Source of the DNA: Alphaproteobacteria bacterium
Lineage (GTDB): Bacteria > Pseudomonadota > Alphaproteobacteria > GCA-2731375
Assembly (NCBI GenBank): GCA_965232515.1
Contig: CBDDPY010000002.1
Span: 608,001-672,000, forward strand
DNA length: 64,000 nucleotides
Direction of reading: 5' to 3'
Position 1 is the stretch's first letter. Every line of letters starts with the position of its first letter. Of this stretch, positions 8,596 through 17,943 are shown one piece after another. Both the position numbers and the translations under genes were made by a program. Under the pieces are notes generated by a model. The model made no database searches. It worked only from the letters and a program-made list of their open reading frames with translations, and had not been told where the DNA came from.

Positions 8596-11500
8596 ATGCG
8601 AAATCTGCAAACCGGTTTGATTCGACGGATCGGCGACATTCGGCTGCGGCCGGCGCTTGCCATTGGCCTGATTATCGGCCTGTCGCTGCCGATTGCCGTA
8701 TCCGTTTGGCGCGACGTCACGGAACGCCGCACGACCCACCTGGCGCACCTGGATCAGGATCATGAGCGTATCGTCCAGACGCTGGCGATCGGCATGCAGA
8801 CACCTATCTGGGACGTCCGTCCAGAGACTGGCAAGCCGCTGATCGACACACTGATGCTGGACGAACGGATTACCGGGATCACCGTCAGCGCGCCACTGTT
8901 GCCCGATTTCCTCGCAGCGAAGCAGGAAGTGGCCGCTGGCGGTGAGATCCTGACGCGGCGGGCGGAAGTCGTCCGCAACGGCGAGACCATTGGCAGGGTT
9001 GAGGTCGCCATGAGCACGGCCCAGCTGGAGGCCGAGGTCGGCCAGCAATGGCGTCAGGTCCTGGCAACCGGCTTCATGCAGCTGGCGCTGGGCCTGTTGA
9101 TCCTTCTGCCGCTTCTGCGGCTAAAGGTGCTGGAGCCGATCGACCGTCTGGTCGGCCAGTCGCGGGCGCTGGCCAGCGGCGTGCTTGACGAGCCGACGGC
9201 ATGGCGGCAGCGGGATGAGCTCGGCGCGCTGGGCCGCAGCTTCGAGGAGATGCGCGGCTCGCTGCGCCGGCTGTTCCAAAACCTCGAGAAACGCAATCTG
9301 GCCCTGCAGGAACGCGAAAACGAGCTCGAGCGCAACAGCAACATGTTGCGGGCGATCCTGGAGAACATGACGGACGGGATCACGCTCGTCGATTCCGAAC
9401 TGCGGGTGCTGGCGTGGAACGATCGTCTGGTCGATATCCTCGGCACGCCGCGGGAACTCATGCAGGAAGGCGTCAGCCTGGAGGAGGTCACGCGCCTCGA
9501 TTTGCTGGCGAATGGGGTTGCACCGGATGAGCTGCCGCAACGCTTGCAGAAGCTGCGCGACAGCTTCCGTCCGGGGATCGCCACGACCTACCGGGTCCGC
9601 ACGGCGAGTGGCCGCGATATCGACATTCGCCGCCGGCCGCTGGACGATGGCTGCTATGTCAGCACCTATACGGACGTGACCGACGAGGTGGCGGCGCAGC
9701 AGCAGGCCGAGGACACATTGTCGTTGCTGGAAACGGTAATGGACGCAGTGCCAGCCATGTTGCACGTGAAGGGTGCCGATCTGCGTTATGAGATGGCGAA
9801 CCGCCGTTACCTCGACTATTGCGGCCAAGATCAAGCCGATGTGATCGGGCGGGTCAACGCCGATATCTTCCCCGAAGGGGTGACCGCCAAAGCCGACCGG
9901 CTGGACCGTCTGGTGCGCGAAACGCGCCGCCAGTTGCCATTCTACGAAGCAACCTATGCCGGCATCGGCGGCGAGCCGTTGACCTTTTGGACGACCAAGC
10001 TGCCATTGTTGGGGGCGGACGGCGAGGTCTCGCACATCCTGACCGTCGAGATCGACATCAGTGAGCGCAAGCATGCCGAACAGGAGCGCCAACGCTGGCT
10101 GCAACTGTTCCAGGACGCCATTCAGAGCATGCCGAATGGATTTGCGGTCTACGATGCCGACGACCGGCTGGTGACCTGCAATTCGGCCTATGCCGATCTC
10201 TACGATACCGAGCCCATGCGTCTGGTGGGCGTCGATATCGATACGCTGATCGGCCGGGCCTCACCCGGCATCCGCAGCGTGAACGGTCGGGAAGTGACAT
10301 CGGACGACATGTCCTCCGTGCAGCGGGTCAAAAAGGCCTGGTTCGCGCAAAGCGAGCCATTGGAAGTCGAGATGCAGGACGGCCGCTGGCTGCTGATGAG
10401 CCGCCATGCCACGGCCGAGGGTGGGTTTGTCGCCATTCGAACCGACATCAGCGATCTGAAGCGCATGCAAGAAGCGCTGCGCGAAAGCGAGGCGTTGATC
10501 CGGCGTGTCCTGGAATCATCACCCGTCCCGGTTGGCATGACACGCGCGGCGGACGGCAAGATGATCTACGAGAGCCCGGCCTCGAAGCGGCTCCTCGGAC
10601 GTGACGCGCCGGGAGCGGAGAGCAGAAGCGCGATCGAGCACTTCGTCAACGATGCCGACCGGCGACAGGTCTTCAGCCTGCTACAGCGGACGCATGCGGT
10701 CGACGACTTCGAAATGAGATTGCGTAAGGTCGACGGCACGGAGTTCTGGGGTGCCGTCTCGGCGCGGCTGATCAGCTATCAGGACGACGAGGTCATCGTC
10801 TACAGCATCATCGATCTGACCGAACGGCGCGTGGTGGAGGCCGAGATCTCCCGGCAGCGGGAAGCGCTGCATCAGAGTGAGAAGCTCAATGCGCTCGGCG
10901 GCCTGCTGGCGGGCGTCGCGCACGAGTTGAACAATCCGTTGTCGGTCGTTGTCGGTCAGTCGCAGTTGCTGGAAGAGACGGTCGAAGATCCGTCGATCCG
11001 GCAACGTGCGGCCGTGATCGGCAAGTCGGCGAACCGTTGTTCGCGCATCATCAAGACCTTCCTGGCGATGGCGCGGCAGAGCGCGCCCGAACGCAAGGAC
11101 GTGGACATCAACGACGTCATCTGGTCGGCGCTCGACGTTATGGGCTACGCGCTGCGCAGCGCCGATGTGGAGCTGTCGTGTGAGCTGGCCGACGATCCGC
11201 CGCCGGTTTGGGGCGACGCCGACCAGCTGACGCAGGTGGCGATGAACCTGATCGTCAACGCGGAGCAGGCGATGGTCTCGCAAGCCGCGCCGCGGAAGCT
11301 GGCGCTGACGACGATGTACGATGCTGAGAGCGACGAGGTCTGCATCGCCGTTCAGGACAGCGGGCCGGGCATACCAAGCGAGTTGCGGAAACGCATCTTC
11401 GAGCCGTTCTTCACGACCAAGGATGTCGGAGCCGGCACCGGCATCGGCCTCGCCGTCAGTCGCGGCATCGTCGAGGCCCACAAGGGTGAGATCACGCTGG

Positions 11501-11991
11501 AAAGTGCGCCCGACCAGGGAGCCTGCTTCACCATTCGTCTGCCCAGCAGTCAGCGCGCGCGCCGGGATGCCGAAGCGCCGAAGCAGCCGGCGCCGGTGTC
11601 GGTGGCGGCCAGGGTCCTGATCGTCGACGACGAACCGGAAGTCGTGACGATGTTGTCGGACATCCTGGCGGTCGACGGCCACGACGTCGCCGTTGCCGCC
11701 TCCGGAAATGCGGCCCTGAAGCTGACCCGCGAATTCGAGTTCGATGCAATTCTGAGTGACATCCGGATGCCGGATCTGGACGGTCCCGGCTTCTACGAGG
11801 CGTTGCGCCAGGAGGCGCCGCAGACTGTGGGCCGGCTCGCATTCATTACCGGTGATGCTCTGGGACAGTCAGTGCAGCAATTCCTGTCCGAAACCGGCGC
11901 ACGCTGCCTGGAGAAGCCGTTCTCGCCGGACGAGATCCGCCAGCTCGTCGCCGATATCGTCGCCAAGACGTACGCCGGCGCGGCCGAATGA
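8596..11991 (+). CDS. membrane hybrid sensor histidine kinase (2 TM, HAMP, multiple PAS, HisKA, HATPase, receiver)
   Basis: DELGALGRSF HAMP; H-box GVAHELNNPL; NLIVNA, DSGPGI, FEPFFTTK, GTGIGL; receiver LIVDDE/DIRMP/KPF. Confidence 0.95.
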   Translation: MRNLQTGLIRRIGDIRLRPALAIGLIIGLSLPIAVSVWRDVTERRTTHLAHLDQDHERIVQTLAIGMQTPIWDVRPETGKPLIDTLMLDERITGITVSAPLLPDFLAAKQEVAAGGEILTRRAEVVRNGETIGRVEVAMSTAQLEAEVGQQWRQVLATGFMQLALGLLILLPLLRLKVLEPIDRLVGQSRALASGVLDEPTAWRQRDELGALGRSFEEMRGSLRRLFQNLEKRNLALQERENELERNSNMLRAILENMTDGITLVDSELRVLAWNDRLVDILGTPRELMQEGVSLEEVTRLDLLANGVAPDELPQRLQKLRDSFRPGIATTYRVRTASGRDIDIRRRPLDDGCYVSTYTDVTDEVAAQQQAEDTLSLLETVMDAVPAMLHVKGADLRYEMANRRYLDYCGQDQADVIGRVNADIFPEGVTAKADRLDRLVRETRRQLPFYEATYAGIGGEPLTFWTTKLPLLGADGEVSHILTVEIDISERKHAEQERQRWLQLFQDAIQSMPNGFAVYDADDRLVTCNSAYADLYDTEPMRLVGVDIDTLIGRASPGIRSVNGREVTSDDMSSVQRVKKAWFAQSEPLEVEMQDGRWLLMSRHATAEGGFVAIRTDISDLKRMQEALRESEALIRRVLESSPVPVGMTRAADGKMIYESPASKRLLGRDAPGAESRSAIEHFVNDADRRQVFSLLQRTHAVDDFEMRLRKVDGTEFWGAVSARLISYQDDEVIVYSIIDLTERRVVEAEISRQREALHQSEKLNALGGLLAGVAHELNNPLSVVVGQSQLLEETVEDPSIRQRAAVIGKSANRCSRIIKTFLAMARQSAPERKDVDINDVIWSALDVMGYALRSADVELSCELADDPPPVWGDADQLTQVAMNLIVNAEQAMVSQAAPRKLALTTMYDAESDEVCIAVQDSGPGIPSELRKRIFEPFFTTKDVGAGTGIGLAVSRGIVEAHKGEITLESAPDQGACFTIRLPSSQRARRDAEAPKQPAPVSVAARVLIVDDEPEVVTMLSDILAVDGHDVAVAASGNAALKLTREFEFDAILSDIRMPDLDGPGFYEALRQEAPQTVGRLAFITGDALGQSVQQFLSETGARCLEKPFSPDEIRQLVADIVAKTYAGAAE

Positions 11992-12581
11992 GCTCGGACG
12001 GCGGTCCGGATCTGATCCTGACGCCGTTCTATTACCTGCGCCACGGCGAAACGGATTGGAACAGGGCGGGTCTGGCGCAGGGGAGGACGGATGTGCCGCT
12101 GAACGAGCGGGGGCTGGCGCAGGCCGAGGCCGCGCGACCGGCGTTGTCGACCTGCGAAATCGCAACGATCTGCTGCAGCCCGCTCGCCCGTGCCCGTCGT
12201 ACGGCCGAGATCGTCGGCCGCGATATTGCCGCGGAGATCTTTGTCATTGATGACCTGGCCGAATGCTGCTGGGGCGATGCCGAGGGGCAGCCGAAGGGCA
12301 AATGGTTCGCTGACTGGCTGGGCGGCGTCAATCAGCCGAACGCCGAATCCTATGCATCCTTCATGGCGCGGGCCCTGGCCGGATTGAACACGGCGCTACG
12401 CCACCCCGGCCCGGTCCTGATCGTCGGTCATGGCGGAGTCTATTGGGCGGTGCAGCAGCATGGTCGCCTCGACGCCGACGCCGATATCCCGAATTGCCTG
12501 CCTGTCCGCCACGATCCGCCGGTCGACGGATACCCCGGCTGGACCACGCATTTGGTCGGCCGGCGGAACGGTTCAGGCTAG
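11988..12581 (+). CDS. histidine phosphatase (phosphoglycerate mutase) family protein
   Basis: RHGETDWN, SPLARA..TA, VGHGG; ATGA overlap with the kinase stop. Confidence 0.9.
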   Translation: MSSDGGPDLILTPFYYLRHGETDWNRAGLAQGRTDVPLNERGLAQAEAARPALSTCEIATICCSPLARARRTAEIVGRDIAAEIFVIDDLAECCWGDAEGQPKGKWFADWLGGVNQPNAESYASFMARALAGLNTALRHPGPVLIVGHGGVYWAVQQHGRLDADADIPNCLPVRHDPPVDGYPGWTTHLVGRRNGSG

Positions 12582-13738
12582 CGAATGACGTGCGGCACGA
12601 ACCGCGACAGGTCACGGGTGACGACGCTCTTGTCCTCGCGGATGCCGATGCCGCAGGGCTGGTTGCCGATCATCCAGGAGCCGATCACCGTATAATCGTC
12701 GCCGAAACGGGGCACGGCATGAAAGGCTTGCACGATATGGCCTTCCTCTCCGTATTCGCCGTCCACGACGATGGTCTCGGCGCCGGCGCGATGCACCTCG
12801 ATGTTGGCGCCTTCGCGAGAGAACAACGGCTTGCGGACATAGTCGGCGCCGAGCTCACTCGCCCGCGCGTCGCCATCAAAAAACGCCGGCAGCAGGTTGG
12901 GATGGCCCGGAAACGCCGCCCATAGCAGCGGCAGCAACCCCTTGTTCGACAGCAGGGCCTTCCATGGCGGCTCGATCATGAAGGTCTTGGCCCGTGGAAG
13001 ATTGGGACCATAGGCCTCGCGGAACATCATTTCCCAGGGGTAGAGCTTGAACAAATAGTCGATGACGATGCTCTCGCTGTCGGCGAACCGGCCGTCGGCA
13101 TCGAGACCGATATCTTCGACATAGACGAAGCGGGGCAGGAGGCCGGCCTGCTTGGCGCAGTCTTCCAGATAACGCACCGTCTGCCGGTCTTCGTCGGTGT
13201 CCTTGCAGCTCGCGAAATGCACCGTCGCCCCGGCCTCGAATATCTCCGCAAGACGTTCGACAAGACGGTCCTGGATCGAGTTGAACTGGTCGCTGTCCGC
13301 AGGCAGGCGTCGGGCTTCGATGTTCTGCTCAAGCCATACCCACTGAAAGAATGCGCTTTCATACAGCGCCGTCGGCGTGTCGGCGTTGTACTCGAGCATC
13401 TTCGCGGGACCGATCCCGTCATAGAGCAGGTCGAACCGGCCATAGAGCGACGGGTCCCGATCGCGCCAGGATGTCGCGATCCAGTCCCAGTAGATTTCTG
13501 GAATCGCCAACCGGCGAAGGCGCGCCTCGTCGTTGACAACCTGCTCGACGACCGCCAGGCACATGGCGTGCAGCTCTTCGGTCGGATCTTCCAGATCCCG
13601 CTCGATTTCCTCGAGCGTGAACTGATAGAACCGCGTTTCGTCCCAGTACGGCTCGCCATACATGGTGTGGAAGATGAAGCCGAGTTTTTCGGCCTGTTGC
13701 TTCCAATCCGGCCGCTCGTCGCAGTCGACGCGGAGCAT
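12578..13738 (-). CDS. yjfC: glutathionylspermidine synthase-like ATP-grasp protein (YjfC/YgiC family)
   Basis: PYWDE, YGRFD, EYNADTPT, FKLYPWE, EPPWK..LSNK, KPLFSREG, GIRED, FVPH. Confidence 0.92.
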   Translation of the reverse strand: MLRVDCDERPDWKQQAEKLGFIFHTMYGEPYWDETRFYQFTLEEIERDLEDPTEELHAMCLAVVEQVVNDEARLRRLAIPEIYWDWIATSWRDRDPSLYGRFDLLYDGIGPAKMLEYNADTPTALYESAFFQWVWLEQNIEARRLPADSDQFNSIQDRLVERLAEIFEAGATVHFASCKDTDEDRQTVRYLEDCAKQAGLLPRFVYVEDIGLDADGRFADSESIVIDYLFKLYPWEMMFREAYGPNLPRAKTFMIEPPWKALLSNKGLLPLLWAAFPGHPNLLPAFFDGDARASELGADYVRKPLFSREGANIEVHRAGAETIVVDGEYGEEGHIVQAFHAVPRFGDDYTVIGSWMIGNQPCGIGIREDKSVVTRDLSRFVPHVIR

Positions 13739-13749
13739 CGCCGGGACCG

Positions 13750-14427
13750 CTATTTCAGGCTTGCCAGGATATCATCGACGCTTTCGCTGTCCGTCCCGAT
13801 GCCAGCGGCCGCCAGCTTGTCATCCAGGTCCGAGCCCGTGCGGGCGGCCTCGATCTCGGCCGCGGCGTCCATCCGGGCGGCGCGGGCGGCTTGCTTTTCC
13901 TTGATGCGGGAGAGGGAATCGGCCGCGCTGCCCAGGCGGCTGTCGACACCGGCATGCTGCGATGCGACGGCGGACTGCGCTGCTTGCACGGCCTCCGTCG
14001 CCTTCACGGACTCGACCTCCCGTTTCAGGCCCTCGATCTTGGCTTCGGTCTGCTTGATGGCCGCGGCCATCGATTTTTCTGTGGCGCTGTACTCATTGAG
14101 CACGCTCTCAACGGCGGTGCGCTGTGTCTTCAGGGTCTTTACGCGTTCGGCCACCTCGCGTGCGAGAGCTTCGTCGCCCTTCCCGAGCGCTTCACGGGCA
14201 GCGCTCAGATACTTTTCGATATCGGCATCGAGCGTCGCGAGTTCGTCCTGCTTGAGCTTGCGCTTTCCGGCCATGTTCGAACGCTCGTCATAGGCGGTTT
14301 TCAAGGCTTGGTCGGCCTCGCGGATTTCCTGGTCGAGAATGCGCAATGCCTGACTATCGGCGATCTGCTCGGCGGTCTCGTTGACGCCACCTTTGACGGC
14401 GGACCAGAGCTTGTTCCAAACGGTCAT
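13750..14427 (-). CDS. yjfJ: PspA/IM30 family protein (YjfJ type)
   Basis: Amphipathic N-terminus WNKLWSAVKGGVNE, LRILDQEIRE, long coiled coil, DLDDKLAAAGI. Confidence 0.9.
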   Translation of the reverse strand: MTVWNKLWSAVKGGVNETAEQIADSQALRILDQEIREADQALKTAYDERSNMAGKRKLKQDELATLDADIEKYLSAAREALGKGDEALAREVAERVKTLKTQRTAVESVLNEYSATEKSMAAAIKQTEAKIEGLKREVESVKATEAVQAAQSAVASQHAGVDSRLGSAADSLSRIKEKQAARAARMDAAAEIEAARTGSDLDDKLAAAGIGTDSESVDDILASLK

Positions 14428-14439
14428 GTCATAGCCTCC

Positions 14440-15090
14440 TTAGGTGGCCGCCTTCGGGCCGATATCGCCGCTGAGGTCGACGGCGTTCTGTCCGATCGTC
14501 CGCAACTCGGTGACAATGCTGGCCAGCGTCGAGCGGGCGCTCATGGAGCCGAACAATTCGTACCATTCGCGGCCGTCGATCGCGGTGATGCCGAGCGCCG
14601 CCAGCGGCAGGTACCGCTTGTGGTTGCGCAGCATCATTGCCTCGAAGCCGTTGGGATCGTCCTGGTCGTCGCGCGGCCAAAGCAGGACCGAGGTCAGGAC
14701 CTGCTCGCCGGAGACCGAGACAAACAGCTGAAGATCGCCCAATTCCTGCATCCTGACGCGCAGGACAGGCTCGGCGCCGGGAATGATGTCCAACGCCATC
14801 TCGCCATCTTCGGTCAGGTCGCCGGACTCAAGGGCTTCCTTGAGGGTGTCGACCCTCCATGGCGTGTCGATTTGTTCCATGGACTCGCTCCAATGTTCTC
14901 GTGGTGGCGCAATCTGAATTGTCGACCCTTCGCGCAACGCCGCCGCCGCCCGGCGGATGACCGGCTGCAGGCCGGCCGGCACCCGCACCTCGCACCGCAC
15001 CAGTCCCTTGCCCTGCTGCCTTTGGAGCCAGCGTTGCTGCCGCGTGAGGTTCGGGCTCGATTTCATATCCAGCGGTTTGGTCACAGGCAT
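14440..15090 (-). CDS. yjfI: YjfI (DUF2170) family protein with basic N-terminal extension
   Basis: C-terminal GDLQLFVSVSGEQV...LPLAALGI...YELFGSMS; lies upstream of yjfJ. Confidence 0.8.
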   Translation of the reverse strand: MPVTKPLDMKSSPNLTRQQRWLQRQQGKGLVRCEVRVPAGLQPVIRRAAAALREGSTIQIAPPREHWSESMEQIDTPWRVDTLKEALESGDLTEDGEMALDIIPGAEPVLRVRMQELGDLQLFVSVSGEQVLTSVLLWPRDDQDDPNGFEAMMLRNHKRYLPLAALGITAIDGREWYELFGSMSARSTLASIVTELRTIGQNAVDLSGDIGPKAAT

Positions 15091-15097
15091 TGCGGTC

Positions 15098-15144
15098 GCG
15101 TCTCCGGGTACGCTCTATATAATGTAACCGGAGACGCTTGACAA
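15098..15144 (-). promoter_or_regulatory. sigma70-like promoter of yjfIJC embedded in an inverted repeat
   Basis: Minus strand TTGTCA(15144-15139)-17 nt-TATATA(15121-15116); arms GCGTCTCCGGGTAC 15098-15111 and GTAACCGGAGACGC 15124-15137. Confidence 0.65.
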
Positions 15145-15223
15145 GATTCGATCGACACGTCAACCTGGGGTTTAGAGAAAAACCGTTAAGGTCCGGCAAC
15201 GCGGCGCGACGGCGAGGCGACTG

Positions 15224-16279
15224 ATGAACGGAAATCGGACATCAACCGTCCTTTGGCATGCCTATCTTTTTGTCGCCGAACTGCGATGGCAGGCCTTGGT
15301 GGCCGTCATTGGCGGACATGCACTGGTTGCATATGTGGGGCTTCGACTCGCAGGTGAGGGCGACCTGACCGGCTGGGTCGATTTCATTTACTTCTACACC
15401 ACGACCGCTTCAACGGTCGGCTATGGCGACCTTTCGCCGTCATCGCCGGCCGGCAGGCTATTCACCGCGATCTGGATTTTTCCAGGTGCGCTGATCATTT
15501 TCACCACGGTCCTGGCCAAGCTCACCACGACCTTCGCCAGCATCTGGAGACGCAGAATGGAAGGCTTCGGAGATTATAGCGGCTTGGACGGAGCCACGGT
15601 GATCGTCGGCCATCATCCCCAGCGAACGCGCCGGATGATCGACGAAATCATTGCCGGCGGCGGCGATTCGGCGCCGGTAATCCTGGTCTCACGCGAAAAG
15701 CCAAACTTTGACGACGAACGCGTTCGCTTCGTGCGTGGGGATACCCTGTCCAACAAACGCGATCTCTTGCGCGCCGGGATTGCGAGCGCCGCGAAGGTGA
15801 TCGTCTATGCCGATGACGACGAGAACACGCTTGCCGCAGCCATGGCGGTCGCGGCCATTAACGATTCAGCCCATCTTGTCGCCTACTTCGGCGACGAGCA
15901 GAAAGCAGAACTTCTGCAGGCCCATACGCGCGCCGTCTGCGTTGTTAGCCAGTCGGCCGAGCTGGTCGTGCGGGAGATGCAGGATCCGGGTGCGTCTCAG
16001 GTAATGACGGCGCTTTCGGCGGCCCGGACCAGCGATACGGTTTATTCGTTCGAAGTTCCGGATGGTTGCGCCGCCGATTACGGTACCCTGTTCGACGCGC
16101 TGCATCGCGAGTTCGGCGCCACGGTCATCGCGCGCGCGGCTGCGAATGGCGGTGAGCCCCAGTTCAACGCAGCGCGTGATGGCGCCTTGAGGAGTGGTGA
16201 TCAGGTTTTCTACATCAGGTCAACGCGCCTGAGCGATCGGGAGATCGGCGCGGCGCTGGCCACGGCACCACGGGGATAG
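15224..16279 (+). CDS. 2-TM potassium channel with RCK/TrkA-N domain
   Basis: Selectivity filter TTASTVGYGD; Rossmann-like IVGHH, FVRGD, RAGI. Confidence 0.92.
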   Translation: MNGNRTSTVLWHAYLFVAELRWQALVAVIGGHALVAYVGLRLAGEGDLTGWVDFIYFYTTTASTVGYGDLSPSSPAGRLFTAIWIFPGALIIFTTVLAKLTTTFASIWRRRMEGFGDYSGLDGATVIVGHHPQRTRRMIDEIIAGGGDSAPVILVSREKPNFDDERVRFVRGDTLSNKRDLLRAGIASAAKVIVYADDDENTLAAAMAVAAINDSAHLVAYFGDEQKAELLQAHTRAVCVVSQSAELVVREMQDPGASQVMTALSAARTSDTVYSFEVPDGCAADYGTLFDALHREFGATVIARAAANGGEPQFNAARDGALRSGDQVFYIRSTRLSDREIGAALATAPRG

Positions 16280-16280
16280 G

Positions 16281-16919
16281 ATGTTCAAACTGTTCCGAGG
16301 CAAGGGCGATGGCGATAAACCGACGCTGCCGGAGATCCTCAAACTGACGATTGGCCGGACGGCGTTGATCGATGAGATCGCGCTGAAGCTGATCCCCGAC
16401 GACAGTCTGCTTGACGTGCCATCGGCGACGTTGCCGATCGTCGCGCAAGGCACCGCCGACATGGGCGAGGGGGTGACGCTGCATCGCTTCTACCCGGACG
16501 ACGATAGCGTGCTGCTGCAGGTCCTCGGCGGCGACGGTCGTGAAGACCAAACGGTTCAGGAGATAACACTGTTCTTCGTGTTGGATGCTTACTATCCCAG
16601 CGCGGACGCGGATTTCGAGGCTTGGCGGGAGCGCATTCGCCAGACCAGCTTCGATCTGAATGGCACGAATTTCCAACGGGCCTGGTTCGACAATTCGGAC
16701 AAGCCCGAGGATCCGGTCTCGTTCTGGGAAGACGTGTTCGATGACCGGTCGGCCGCCACATCGCGGCGGATCTACCAGACCTGCATGCTGTTTGTCAGGC
16801 GAATCGGTAGCTTCGACGAGTTTCTTTTGGTCAACATGGAAGAGCCAGAGGGGGCCGGCGACCGCTGCGTCAGCCTCATGGTGGGCGTGCCGCTTTCGCC
16901 GAACGCGATCGACGTATAA
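16281..16919 (+). CDS. yjfK: YjfK (DUF2491) family protein
   Basis: LHRFYPDDD, FQRAW, IYQTCMLF, LLVNMEE; gene context. Confidence 0.8.
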   Translation: MFKLFRGKGDGDKPTLPEILKLTIGRTALIDEIALKLIPDDSLLDVPSATLPIVAQGTADMGEGVTLHRFYPDDDSVLLQVLGGDGREDQTVQEITLFFVLDAYYPSADADFEAWRERIRQTSFDLNGTNFQRAWFDNSDKPEDPVSFWEDVFDDRSAATSRRIYQTCMLFVRRIGSFDEFLLVNMEEPEGAGDRCVSLMVGVPLSPNAIDV

Positions 16920-16949
16920 GTTCGGTGCATAGCCTTTAGGGAAATAACG

Positions 16950-17360
16950 ATGGAAGAATTTCTCGCATCGGTATCGGGGGTCGTCCCGTTCCTGATCTAC
17001 TTCGTGTCCGCCATTGTCGTCGTGATGGTGTTCATGCGGATCTATACCGCGATCACGCCGCATGGCGAAGTCGAGTTGATCAAGCAGGACAATGCGGCCG
17101 CGGCGGTCGCCTACGTCGGCGCCATGTTCGGCTTCATGTTGCCAATAGCCTCGGCGATCGCCAATTCCGTCAGTTTGATCGATTTCGCGATCTGGGCCGT
17201 GATCGCCGGCGTCATTCAGCTAATTACATTTTTCATCTTTCGGCGGTTCTACCCCCGCATTTCGGAGCGGATCGAAGCCGGCGAAATGGGGGCCTCGATC
17301 CAGCTCGCAGGCGTGTCGGTCATGGTCGGCGTGCTGAACGCGGCATGCATCGTCTACTGA
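16950..17360 (+). CDS. yjfL: DUF350 (YjfL) 4-TM membrane protein
   Basis: IYTAITPHGEVELIKQDNAAAA, GVLNAAC. Confidence 0.88.
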   Translation: MEEFLASVSGVVPFLIYFVSAIVVVMVFMRIYTAITPHGEVELIKQDNAAAAVAYVGAMFGFMLPIASAIANSVSLIDFAIWAVIAGVIQLITFFIFRRFYPRISERIEAGEMGASIQLAGVSVMVGVLNAACIVY

Positions 17361-17373
17361 TGCGGAGGCGGCG

Positions 17374-17928
17374 ATGAAACGATCAAAATCCGTTAAGTTG
17401 AGCTTGATGGCGACCGCCAGCGTGGCGTTGACGGCCTGCGGCGAGCCGGAGGTCGAGGGCAATATGTACCGGAGCGTCGCCGATTGTGTCTCGCAGGGCG
17501 CCCATAGCGAGCAGATCTGCAAACAATCATTCGACGAGGCTTGGAAGCTGCATCAGACCACGGCGCCACGCTACGCGTCGGAGCAGCTCTGCCAGGACGA
17601 GTTCGGTTTTCAGCAATGCCAGCGCACATCCGGCAACTATTGGAGCCCGTTCCTGACCGGCTTCTTTGTCTCGACCGCGTTGAGCAACGCCAGTAGCGGC
17701 AGCGGCGCCTATGTCGGCGGCAGCAGACCGATTTATCGATATCGTGATGGCCGGTTGCTCACATCATCTGGGGCTGAGATGCAAAGCGGCGGCAGATCGG
17801 TGGCTCTGCCGAAGTCTGCCGTGGAAGCGCGGCCGAAACCGGCCAAAGTGATGACCCGTACGGCCGTGATCAGTCGCGGCGGGTTCGGCGCGAGGTCGAG
17901 CAGCGGCGGATTCCGGTTCGGCGGCTGA
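17374..17928 (+). CDS. yjfM: DUF1190 (YjfM/YgiB) lipoprotein
   Basis: MKRSK...LTAC lipobox; Y.SV.DC, APRY..EQLC..EFG..C; SRGGFG tail. Confidence 0.88.
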   Translation: MKRSKSVKLSLMATASVALTACGEPEVEGNMYRSVADCVSQGAHSEQICKQSFDEAWKLHQTTAPRYASEQLCQDEFGFQQCQRTSGNYWSPFLTGFFVSTALSNASSGSGAYVGGSRPIYRYRDGRLLTSSGAEMQSGGRSVALPKSAVEARPKPAKVMTRTAVISRGGFGARSSSGGFRFGG

Positions 17929-17943
17929 GCCGCCATTCGTCAT

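Noticed and set aside
12578-12581. Convergent genes sharing overlapping TAG stops (CTAG)
   Set aside because: A common compact-genome arrangement with no further signal.
15138-15163. TTGAC...GTCAA as an FNR/FixK box
   Set aside because: The spacer is 16 nt, not 4.
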